DNA from: Minisyncoccota bacterium
Lineage (GTDB): Bacteria > Patescibacteriota > Minisyncoccia > UBA6257
DNA: 60,533 nt
Assembly: GCA_041654015.1 (NCBI GenBank)
Contig: JBAZEI010000001.1
Location: 1-60,533 of the forward strand
Reading direction: 5' to 3'
A program made the position numbers and the translations under genes. Shown piece after piece: positions 17,904 to 25,130 of the stretch (its first letter is position 1; the number at the start of each line of letters is the position of its first letter). The notes beneath the pieces were generated by a model that did not search any database, was not told where the DNA came from, and was given only the letters and a program-made list of their open reading frames with translations.

Positions 17904-18263
17904 ATGCAACAAATAATAACAGAAAGCTTAATGACGAATTTTTGGCTGCTTGCTTTATTCCTTACTTGGAGCTTAATTTGGAAAGGATTGGCATTGTGGA
18001 AAGCGGCAAGAAATGAACATAGATGGTGGTTTATCGCTTTGTTGATTATAAATACAGCAGGCCTTTTAGAAATAATTTATATTTTCTTTTTTAGTAAAAA
18101 GAAAGAGTTTGTAGAAAAGAAGCCCTCCGCCGCTTCCACCTCCGCTAAAGCTTCGGTGGATAAAAAAGCTATGGAGGATAAGCCCTCCTCTGCTTCCACC
18201 TCCGCTAAAGCTTCGGTGGATAAAAAAGCTATGGAGGACAAGGAAGAAACAATAAAAGAATAG
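17904..18263 (+). CDS. Small membrane protein (DUF5652-like) with a repeat-encoded C-terminal tail
   Basis: Two TM helices (LWKAARNEHRWWFIALLIINTAGLLEIIYIFFF). The tail contains two 20-aa repeats, PS.ASTSAKASVDKKAMEDK. Confidence 0.55.
   Translation: MQQIITESLMTNFWLLALFLTWSLIWKGLALWKAARNEHRWWFIALLIINTAGLLEIIYIFFFSKKKEFVEKKPSAASTSAKASVDKKAMEDKPSSASTSAKASVDKKAMEDKEETIKE
18121..18240 (+). repeat. Tandem 2 x 60-nt in-frame repeat related to the 'CGCTAAAGCT' hairpin family
   Basis: Units 18121..18180 and 18181..18240 differ at 3 positions. Each contains tccacctccgctaaagcttcggtgga...gctatggagga. Confidence 0.9.
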
Positions 18264-18285
18264 GCAGAAGAATAGGAATAAACTA

Positions 18286-18310
18286 AAAACGCTCCAAAAG
18301 AGCGTTTTTT
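18286..18310 (+). terminator. Rho-independent terminator
   Basis: aaaaACGCTCcaaaaGAGCGTtttttt. Confidence 0.75.
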
Positions 18311-18374
18311 ATTGGTAATATATTTGTGATATTTTGTGATATAATGAAATAGTTATTACAAAAATATTAATTTT

Positions 18375-19571
18375 ATGGATAAAAGCAAGCTTTTAGCTGA
18401 TAGAATGAGGCCTAATGATTTAAGCGATTTTTTGGGTCAAGATGAGTTAGTAGGTAAAGGAAAATTATTAAGACAGGCGATAGAGTCAGATAAAATTCCT
18501 TCAATGATTTTTTGGGGGCCGCCCGGAAGCGGTAAGACTACCTTGGCTTATATTATTGCTCAAAAAACCAAGTCAGAGTTTAAACAAATTAGCGCTGTTT
18601 CCAGCGGCTTAAAAGATTTAAGAGATATTTTAAGAGAAGCAGAAGCCAATAAAAGATTGGGAGTAAAGACAATATTTTTTATTGACGAAATCCATCGTTG
18701 GAACAAATCCCAACAAGATGCTTTGTTGCCGCATATAGAAAAAGGTAGCATTATTTTAATTGGCGCGACTACAGAAAATCCAAGTTTTGAAGTGGTGGGA
18801 CCTTTGCTTTCCCGCTGCCGGGTTTTTGTTTTAAAACAATTATCCAAAACTCATTTATTTAAAATTCTTAAAAGAGCTTTAGAAGATAAGGAAAATGGGT
18901 TAGGGGAATTAAAGATTAAAATAAATGATGAGGTTGTTAATCTTATCGCTGGAATGAGCAATGGCGACGCTAGAATCGCCTTGAATGTTTTAGAATATGC
19001 CTCTTCTTTATCAAAGAATATTACAGAATCAATTGTTAAAGAATCTTTTCAAAAATCAAATTTGTTTTATGATAAAGACGGTGAAGAGCATTACAACATT
19101 ATCTCCGCTCTTCATAAATCAATGAGAGGTTCTGACGCTAATGCGGCTTTATATTGGTTAGCTAGGATGCTGGAAGCAGGAGAAGACCCTTTATATATTG
19201 CCCGTCGGTTAATCCGCTTTGCTTCGGAAGATATTGGTTTGGCAAATTCTCAGGCTTTGGAGCAGGCAGTGGCCGCTTATGAGGCCTGCCATTTTATTGG
19301 GGTTCCGGAATGTAATGTCGTTTTGGCGCAAGCGGTTGTTTATATGGCAAAATGCAAGAAATCCAACGATTTATATACGGCTTATGAAAAAGCGGCAGCT
19401 GATGTTAAAAAATTTGGCAATTTGCCTGTTCCTCTTCATATTCGCAACGCGCCGACATCGTTAATGAAAAACCTAGGTTATGGTAAGGGATATAAATACA
19501 GCCCCAATTATAATTATAAAGAGAAACAAGAATATTTCCCCCCAGAATTAAAAGGCAGAAAATATATTTAG
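18375..19571 (+). CDS. rarA: Replication-associated recombination protein A (AAA+ ATPase RarA/MgsA)
   Basis: Walker A WGPPGSGKTT, IFFIDEIHRWNK, LIGATTENPSFEV, and the MgsA C-terminal block HYNIISALHKSMRGSD. Confidence 0.85.
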   Translation: MDKSKLLADRMRPNDLSDFLGQDELVGKGKLLRQAIESDKIPSMIFWGPPGSGKTTLAYIIAQKTKSEFKQISAVSSGLKDLRDILREAEANKRLGVKTIFFIDEIHRWNKSQQDALLPHIEKGSIILIGATTENPSFEVVGPLLSRCRVFVLKQLSKTHLFKILKRALEDKENGLGELKIKINDEVVNLIAGMSNGDARIALNVLEYASSLSKNITESIVKESFQKSNLFYDKDGEEHYNIISALHKSMRGSDANAALYWLARMLEAGEDPLYIARRLIRFASEDIGLANSQALEQAVAAYEACHFIGVPECNVVLAQAVVYMAKCKKSNDLYTAYEKAAADVKKFGNLPVPLHIRNAPTSLMKNLGYGKGYKYSPNYNYKEKQEYFPPELKGRKYI

Positions 19572-19578
19572 CAAACAC

Positions 19579-19606
19579 TTGACATTCATTTTAGATTTGC
19601 TATACT
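19579..19606 (+). promoter_or_regulatory. Sigma-70-like promoter TTGACA-16 nt-TATACT
   Basis: ttgacattcattttagatttgctatact. Confidence 0.65.
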
Positions 19607-19612
19607 CTCCTT

Positions 19613-19693
19613 GGTGTTATTTTTAAGCCGCAAGGCCTATAAATAACACCATTGCTGTCGTTTTTGGCTTGCCAAAGGCGGCAGCATTTTTTT
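19613..19693 (+). ncRNA. Candidate ~80-nt small RNA, copy 1
   Basis: Lies downstream of its own promoter. Hairpin 1 is GGUGUUAUUU..GCC-GCAA-GGC..AAAUAACACC (GNRA loop). Hairpin 2 is UGCUGUCG..UUGGC-UUG-GCCAA..CGGCAGCA followed by U7, which looks like an intrinsic terminator. No ORF. Confidence 0.45.
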
Positions 19694-19705
19694 ATATTAA
19701 AACAT

Positions 19706-19722
19706 AGGAGAACTGTTCTCCT
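19706..19722. repeat. 17-nt perfect palindrome AGGAGAAC-N-GTTCTCCT (3 copies in the window)
   Basis: Also at 45482..45498 and 45715..45731. GTGTT follows in all three copies. Confidence 0.9.
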
Positions 19723-19730
19723 GTGTTTTA

Positions 19731-19773
19731 CGGCCAAGGTAAAAATATATAAAAGTAAACCTTGGCCGTTTTT
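19731..19773 (+). terminator. Hairpin + T-run (terminator-like)
   Basis: CGGCCAAGG-20 nt AT loop-CCTTGGCCG-ttttt. Confidence 0.5.
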
Positions 19774-19804
19774 CATTTAGTTTATTTTAAGCTATAATGT
19801 AAGC

Positions 19805-20412
19805 ATGAAATTACAATTTCTATATTCCAAAATTAAAGAAAAAGAAAAGCTATTGGATATTTACGAAGAATATCAATGGTTTGTTGATAATAATTTTCCC
19901 ATTGTTGTACCTAAATTTTATACCAAGATTTATCAAAAAATAAAAAGAATAAAAAAAATTTTGTTAAGGAGTTAAGTATAGAGTTAAATAAAAAATATGA
20001 TGAAAATGATTACCAGCGAAAAAGCGAGAAGATAAAAAATAACTGGCAAAAAATTGAGCAAGATTTTTTTAATACTCTGAAAAGTTTTAATTTTAAAATA
20101 AAAGATAAATATATTTGTTATATTTCTTTGTATGGGCCGTCAGGGCAGTTTAATTATCCAGGAGTCATTAATTTACGGGTGAGCAATACCAAAGACATTA
20201 AAGAAGCCAACAAAACAATTGCTCATGAGTTGATTCATTTGTTTATTTACAACAAGGTAAAAAGATTAAAATTGAATTACAAACAAATAGAGGGTGTAGT
20301 TGATTTGTTTTTTACAGAAACAAAATTAAAAACTATTTTCCCGCGATATAAGCTGCAAAGTATAGCTATTTATAACAAAAGATTGTTTGAGGAAATAAAA
20401 GAAGATTTATGA
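19805..20412 (+). pseudogene. HExxH-motif protein with an apparent frameshift in a poly-A tract
   Basis: ATG 19805 opens MKLQFLYSKIKEKEKLL..YQKIKRIKK and stops at 19972..19974. The frame of the track ORF (20128..20412, AHELIHL) is already open from 19915. The two frames overlap across the A6/A8 runs at 19935..19958. Confidence 0.5.
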
Positions 20413-20807
20413 GAAAAAACCAACGAGCCGGAGTAGCAATAAAGCAAGGTGAAAAATTTCTATTAATAAAGAGGAAAAAAGGCAATGATATTTATTATAT
20501 TCTACCAGGAGGTGGCGTTGAGTCAGGCGAAACTCCAAAACAAGCGGCGATTAGAGAGGTAAAAGAAGAATTAGGTATTGATGTAATAATTGATAAGAAG
20601 ATTGCTGACTTTAAGCACAGAGGCAATACCGAATTTTATTTTTTATCAAAAGATTTTAATGGAGAAATTAAATTAGTCGGGGATGGTGTATTTAATTCAA
20701 ATATTACTGATACAGAGGAGTGGGTTTTAATTGAAGATCTTCACAAAATTAACTTACTGCCCGAGAAGATTAAAAATATTCTAATTAGATTATTTACGCA
20801 AACATAA
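20409..20807 (+). CDS. Nudix hydrolase
   Basis: Nudix box [28 protein letters not shown] overlap with the upstream ORF. Confidence 0.8.
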   Translation: MRKNQRAGVAIKQGEKFLLIKRKKGNDIYYILPGGGVESGETPKQAAIREVKEELGIDVIIDKKIADFKHRGNTEFYFLSKDFNGEIKLVGDGVFNSNITDTEEWVLIEDLHKINLLPEKIKNILIRLFTQT

Positions 20808-20892
20808 ATGATTTCAAAATTGTTTTATATATAAGACAATAATCTATCTTGGTAAAAACCGCCATATGTGTGTGGACATTACCCACAGGGGG

Positions 20893-20921
20893 TTGACAAA
20901 TTGAAAAGAAAGAGATATACT
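20893..20921 (+). promoter_or_regulatory. Sigma-70-like promoter TTGACA-17 nt-TATACT
   Basis: gggggTTGACAaattgaaaagaaagagaTATACT, about 70 nt upstream of the radical SAM gene. Confidence 0.6.
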
Positions 20922-20995
20922 TGAGGTAGATTTAGAGAAGATCGAGTCTTGCACCTTGAAAATTAAAAAAATTTAAAAGAAAGGAGGTGAATGAA

Positions 20996-22291
20996 ATGGA
21001 TAATTCATTAAGAAAGAAACAATTTGATCCCGTTAGTATGGTTTCATTTTCATCAAAAAAATATGCAATAATTGAGCCAAATAAAATAATTTTCGTTGTT
21101 GATTCGAGTGAAAAACAAGTAGAAGATTTGGTTAAAAAAGAGAAAGCAGCATTTAAAAAACAATTTCAATCTAATAGCTTTCTAGAAAAAAGAAGACAAA
21201 ATTTAGTAGCCTTAACTCTCTTACCAACAAGGGACTGTAATTTACGTTGCATCTACTGTTATGCAAAAGGCGGAGAATACTTTACTTATATGCCGCTCCA
21301 AGTAGCTTTTTCATCATTAGATGCTTTAGCAAAAAATGCTGATGGTAAAGATATTATTCTTAAGTTCGCCGGAGGCGGTGAGCCGTTTATGAATTTTGAG
21401 CTTATGCAGAAAGCATATAAATATGCCAAAGATCTTTTTAATAAAGTATATCCTGCCGTAGTAACTAATGGAACTTTCAACTCTGAACAATTGGATTGGA
21501 TTTTAGAAAATGATGTATCACTGAGACTTTCCTTTGATGGTATAGCTCATGAAAAACAACGACCATTTAAAGATAATACCTCGTCATTGGAAATAGTTGA
21601 AGAGAATATTAAGAGATTAATTTCCGCTAATAAAAGTTTTATGATAGAATGTATAGTTACGAATGAAAGTGTTCGCAAAATGGCAGAAACAGTAGCTTAT
21701 GTATCACAACTTGGTATTTCGGTGTTAAAAATTGAGCCTGTTCATATATCTGAGATTTCACGAGGTGATTCTTCAATGATACCGACCCCACAGGAATTTG
21801 TGAATAACTTTTTAGTAATGTTGGAGTATATTGTAGACCATAATTTAAAGATAAAAATAGATACAGGATTTTTTTCTAAGCCATCAATAAATGCTTACTG
21901 TTATGTTAATGGGAGAAATTTAATTATTACTCCTGAAGGAAACATTACTTCTTGTGTTGAGGTTACGAAAAAAACAGATCCATTTGCTGAAATGATGATT
22001 TACGGCTCAGTTTTAGTAAAAAAAGGAATTTTTTCTTTTAATAAAATTGCTTTATCTAAGCTCAAAACTTTGCATTTTAATAATTGTAGAAAATGTACTG
22101 ATTGTAGGTTAAGATTAATTTGCGGCGGTGGATGCTCTATGAGAAATCTTTGGGATAATGGGTTTCCATTAAAACCTTCAAAATACATCTGTCAGATAGA
22201 GCATTTGCTTATTCCCGAGATTTTTTCTTTAGTAGTGGATGATTCTTCTTACAGTGACATTCTTTTTGATGATGTAGAAATTAATTGTTAA
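20996..22291 (+). CDS. Radical SAM / SPASM-domain peptide maturase
   Basis: CNLRCIYCY (CxxxCxxC). C-terminal auxiliary-cluster Cys pattern CRKCTDCRLRLICGGGCSMRN plus an upstream CYVNG...SCVEV. Start set at ATG 20996, 8 nt after AAGGAGG (the track start is GTG 20987). Confidence 0.85.
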   Translation: MDNSLRKKQFDPVSMVSFSSKKYAIIEPNKIIFVVDSSEKQVEDLVKKEKAAFKKQFQSNSFLEKRRQNLVALTLLPTRDCNLRCIYCYAKGGEYFTYMPLQVAFSSLDALAKNADGKDIILKFAGGGEPFMNFELMQKAYKYAKDLFNKVYPAVVTNGTFNSEQLDWILENDVSLRLSFDGIAHEKQRPFKDNTSSLEIVEENIKRLISANKSFMIECIVTNESVRKMAETVAYVSQLGISVLKIEPVHISEISRGDSSMIPTPQEFVNNFLVMLEYIVDHNLKIKIDTGFFSKPSINAYCYVNGRNLIITPEGNITSCVEVTKKTDPFAEMMIYGSVLVKKGIFSFNKIALSKLKTLHFNNCRKCTDCRLRLICGGGCSMRNLWDNGFPLKPSKYICQIEHLLIPEIFSLVVDDSSYSDILFDDVEINC

Positions 22292-22346
22292 TATATAAAC
22301 AAAAACTGTATAGGAAACTATATAGGACAAAAAGAGGTGAATTAGG

Positions 22347-22469
22347 ATGAAAATAATTGTTATTAAATGGAAATCTACTGATAGTCGTGAGCAATCTGAT
22401 CAATTAGTGGGAGCAGCACATCCTGGTTGTTGTAGCCAAGACGGTGGTTGTCCGAAGAAACATGGATAG
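22347..22469 (+). CDS. 40-aa Cys-rich candidate RiPP precursor peptide
   Basis: Below the ORF-track length cut-off. Own translation: MKIIVIKWKSTDSREQSDQLVGAAHPGCCSQDGGCPKKHG. SD-like AAAGAGGTGA lies 6-7 nt upstream. It is 55 nt downstream of the maturase on the same strand and is followed by a hairpin + T-run. Confidence 0.55.
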   Translation: MKIIVIKWKSTDSREQSDQLVGAAHPGCCSQDGGCPKKHG

Positions 22470-22492
22470 GGTTAGTCAAGTAATGAGTATCA

Positions 22493-22558
22493 AAGGGGGG
22501 CCTTTGCAAGTGATAATCAAAATAATATAGGGGTGCTTGATATAAGCCCCCCTTTTTT
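22493..22558 (+). terminator. Terminator-like hairpin (GGGGGGC ... GCCCCCC + T6)
   Basis: aaGGGGGGC-44 nt-GCCCCCCtttttt. The long loop makes this call uncertain. Confidence 0.45.
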
Positions 22559-22586
22559 ATAATATTAAAGGTAATAATATCAACAT

Positions 22587-23315
22587 ATGAAGGAGAGGAT
22601 TGATGTTGTAATAGCAAAAAAGAAGCTAGCTAAAAGCCGGACTATGGCTGAAAATTTAATAAAAGCTGGCTTGGTTAAAGTTAATGAAAAACGAATTTTT
22701 AAACCAAGCACCAAAGTATCCGAGGACGATATAATAAAAATTGCTTCTTTACCAAAATATGTAAGTCGAGGGGGATTAAAACTGGAGAAGGCTTTAGATG
22801 TTTTCGAAGTTGATGTGAAAAATCTAGCAGTACTTGATGTAGGCTCTGCAACAGGTGGTTTTACAGATTGTTTATTGCAAAGAGGGGCAAGACATATTTA
22901 TGCAGTTGATGTCGGCTATGGGCAATTGGATCAAAAATTAAGAAAACAATCAAAAGTTTCGGTGTATGAGAAGACTGATATTAGGAATTTAAAAAAGTTA
23001 CCAGAGAAAGTAGATCTAGTTACAATAGATGTATCCTTTATCTCGCTTCTTTTAGTTTTACCCCATATTCCAAAATTATTAAAACATCCAGGGGAAATTA
23101 TCGCTCTTATAAAACCTCAATTTGAGGTTGGTCCCGGAAAAGTTAAGAAAGGAATTGTAAGAGACGAAAAGCTTAGAACGTTAGCGATAGAAAAAATTAA
23201 AAGATGGATTTCTGATCGCAATTGGCAAATAAAAGGATTAATAGAGTCTCCAATTAAAGGAAAATTTGGAAATATTGAGTATCTGATTTATCTAAAAATC
23301 AATACTGATAAATAA
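22587..23315 (+). CDS. tlyA: TlyA-family rRNA 2'-O-methyltransferase (S4 + FtsJ domains)
   Basis: S4-like N-terminus, YVSRGGLKLEKAL, and SAM motif VLDVGSATGGFTDCLLQRGA. Confidence 0.8.
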   Translation: MKERIDVVIAKKKLAKSRTMAENLIKAGLVKVNEKRIFKPSTKVSEDDIIKIASLPKYVSRGGLKLEKALDVFEVDVKNLAVLDVGSATGGFTDCLLQRGARHIYAVDVGYGQLDQKLRKQSKVSVYEKTDIRNLKKLPEKVDLVTIDVSFISLLLVLPHIPKLLKHPGEIIALIKPQFEVGPGKVKKGIVRDEKLRTLAIEKIKRWISDRNWQIKGLIESPIKGKFGNIEYLIYLKINTDK

Positions 23316-23378
23316 TTTGCAAGAATTCCGAGCATTGTTTACACTTTTTTGGCCTTTTTGGGATAAAGTGTAAGCAAT

Positions 23379-23996
23379 ATGACTATTTGTTCTCCCACTT
23401 GCTCTAAAACCAATATTTTAACCATTAACTCTTCTGCTTCAGCAGGGATTTATCCTATAACAGTTACTGCTACTGGCGGGGGGATTACAAGAAAAGCAAG
23501 TTACTTCTTAATAATTAAAAAAGAAGGATCTGAACCTATTCGTGGTTGTACTGATTCAACAGCCACCAATTACAATCCTGAAGCAACTAAAGATAATGGT
23601 TCTTGCAAATATGAATGCAAGATCTTTAATTTTGATGTCCCAGATATGATGTGGGTGGGTTATCCCAGAACAGCTGAATGGTCTACCAACGAAGTTTGTA
23701 CAACAGGGAAGATTACCTGTAGATTAAAAAAAGATGGGACAGATTGCGGAGATAGGGAAGATTTGAGCAGTGATAAGATCTCTTTAAAAGATGATGAACC
23801 TAACTTTAAACCATTTACTATCTACCAACCTGGATATTATCAATATGAATTTGAAGCTTGTGGACCTAATAATTGTGATACCTGGGGAGATGGTAGCGGC
23901 GCTGGAGAACCTACTGAATTACCCATAATCCGAGCCATTAACCTTCCTATCTGGTGGGAAATTAACCCTGTCTTACCTAAAAAAGATACAGAATAA
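23379..23996 (+). CDS. Cys-rich hypothetical protein, possibly the 3' remnant of a larger surface protein
   Basis: 205 aa. Starts inside what reads like the end of an Ig-like repeat (ITVTATGGGITRKASYFLII). Has the motif CTDSTATNYNPEATKDNGSC. No signal peptide. Confidence 0.35.
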   Translation: MTICSPTCSKTNILTINSSASAGIYPITVTATGGGITRKASYFLIIKKEGSEPIRGCTDSTATNYNPEATKDNGSCKYECKIFNFDVPDMMWVGYPRTAEWSTNEVCTTGKITCRLKKDGTDCGDREDLSSDKISLKDDEPNFKPFTIYQPGYYQYEFEACGPNNCDTWGDGSGAGEPTELPIIRAINLPIWWEINPVLPKKDTE

Positions 23997-24007
23997 CAAA
24001 CACTTGA

Positions 24008-24143
24008 CCCCCACACCATAACGAGCACTAAGTGCTTTGCGCTAAACCCCCACACCATATAGTCTTTAGATATATAGAAGTTAGTCTAAATTTATTTGGT
24101 GTGCGGGGTAAAATACGAAGTATGTGCTCATTTGGTGTGGGGG
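24008..24143. mobile_element. Non-coding TIR element (CCCCCACACC...GGTGTGGGGG), 4-bp TSD TTGA, inserted in a -35 box
   Basis: TTGA at 24004..24007 and 24144..24147. The uninterrupted paralogous site at 19579 shows the empty target. Contains a second nested copy. Confidence 0.85.
24047..24108. mobile_element. Nested 62-nt TIR element (CCCCCACACC...GGTGTGCGGGG), 4-bp TSD TAAA
   Basis: TAAA at 24043..24046 and 24109..24112. The right TIR has one extra C. Confidence 0.7.
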
Positions 24144-24171
24144 TTGACATTCATTTTAGATTTGCTATACT
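24144..24171 (+). promoter_or_regulatory. Sigma-70-like promoter TTGACA-16 nt-TATACT (regenerated by the TSD)
   Basis: Identical to 19579..19606. Confidence 0.6.
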
Positions 24172-24177
24172 ACTTCT

Positions 24178-24258
24178 GGTGTTATTTCTAAGCCGCAAGG
24201 CCTATAAATAACACCATTGCTGTCGTTTTTGGCTTGCCAAAGGCGGCAGCATTTTTTT
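24178..24258 (+). ncRNA. Candidate ~80-nt small RNA, copy 2
   Basis: Same two hairpins and U-tract as 19613..19693. The differences cluster in the first ~10 nt. Confidence 0.45.
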
Positions 24259-24416
24259 ATTATTAATAATTATTAATGAGGATAATTAATGAGGTCGGAC
24301 CTCGTTAATTATTTTAGAAAAAGTTAATTTATATATTTTCTTATTTTTTCATATATTTTCTTTTTTCAATTGTTTCTGGTATGATATGAACGCGGAAAAT
24401 AAATTGTTTTAACTAA

Positions 24417-25124
24417 ATGGGAAATTTATTTGTTATTGCCACTCCGATTGGAAATTTGGAAGATATTTCTTTGCGAGCGCTTCGGATTTTAAAAGAAGTT
24501 GATTTAATTTTAGGCGAGGACACAAGGGTGACAAAAAAGCTGTTGTCTCGTTATAATATTGAAACGCCGGTAATCAGTTACCATCAGCATTCGCAGATTA
24601 AAAAGATGGAGCAGGTTTTATTAATGCTTCGAGACGGGAAAAACTTGGCTTTAGTTTCTGACTCTGGAACCCCGGGCATTTCCGATCCCGGCAACAAATT
24701 GATTAGTTTTTTGGTTCAGGAGAAGACTTCTTTAGAAGATTTAAAAATTATTCCGATACCGGGATGCTCAGCCTTATTGGCCCTTAGCAGTGTTTCCGGC
24801 TTGCCGATGGATAAATTTGTTTTTTTGGGATTTCCGCCAAACAAAAACAAAAGAAACAGATTCTTTGAAGAATTGTTGTTTCAATTAAATAATTTTAAAC
24901 ACCCGGTTATTTTTTATGAATCGCCTCATCGGATTATAAAAACATTAGAGGAAATTTATAGTCGGGTTCAAGATTCTGGTTTAGAATATCAAGTAGTGAC
25001 TGGCCGGGAATTAACAAAAAAATTTGAGACAATTTATCGGGGGACATTAAGGAAGGTGATTGATAAGATAAATTGTGATAGAATAAAAGGAGAGTTTACG
25101 GTGATAATTTATCAAAGCCAATAA
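24417..25124 (+). CDS. rsmI: 16S rRNA (cytidine1402-2'-O)-methyltransferase
   Basis: LFVIATPIGNLEDISLRALRILKEVDLILGEDTR and SDSGTPGISDPG. Confidence 0.85.
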   Translation: MGNLFVIATPIGNLEDISLRALRILKEVDLILGEDTRVTKKLLSRYNIETPVISYHQHSQIKKMEQVLLMLRDGKNLALVSDSGTPGISDPGNKLISFLVQEKTSLEDLKIIPIPGCSALLALSSVSGLPMDKFVFLGFPPNKNKRNRFFEELLFQLNNFKHPVIFYESPHRIIKTLEEIYSRVQDSGLEYQVVTGRELTKKFETIYRGTLRKVIDKINCDRIKGEFTVIIYQSQ

Positions 25125-25130
25125 GTATTT

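Larger units (their letters stand above)
19572..19695 (+). repeat. Direct repeat copy 1 (promoter + small RNA + terminator unit), uninterrupted
   Basis: Matches 23997..24260, apart from a few substitutions and the 140-nt insertion in copy 2. Confidence 0.95.
23997..24260 (+). repeat. Direct repeat copy 2 (promoter + small RNA + terminator unit), interrupted by nested TIR elements
   Basis: caaacacTTGA[136 nt]TTGAcattcatttt..., which is otherwise collinear with 19572..19695. Confidence 0.95.

Noticed and set aside
20869-20898. Degenerate right end of a TIR element upstream of the radical-SAM promoter (catatgtgtgtgg....cacagggggTTGACA)
   Set aside because: Only a G5 run next to TTGACA and a weak TGTGTGG match are present. 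There is no partner left end and no TSD. It is mentioned only as a possible footprint.
22375-22617. 80-aa minus-strand ORF overlapping the candidate precursor peptide and terminator
   Set aside because: It is antisense to a peptide gene that has a proper SD and sits next to its maturase. It spans the terminator hairpin and the tlyA start, and it has no start context of its own.
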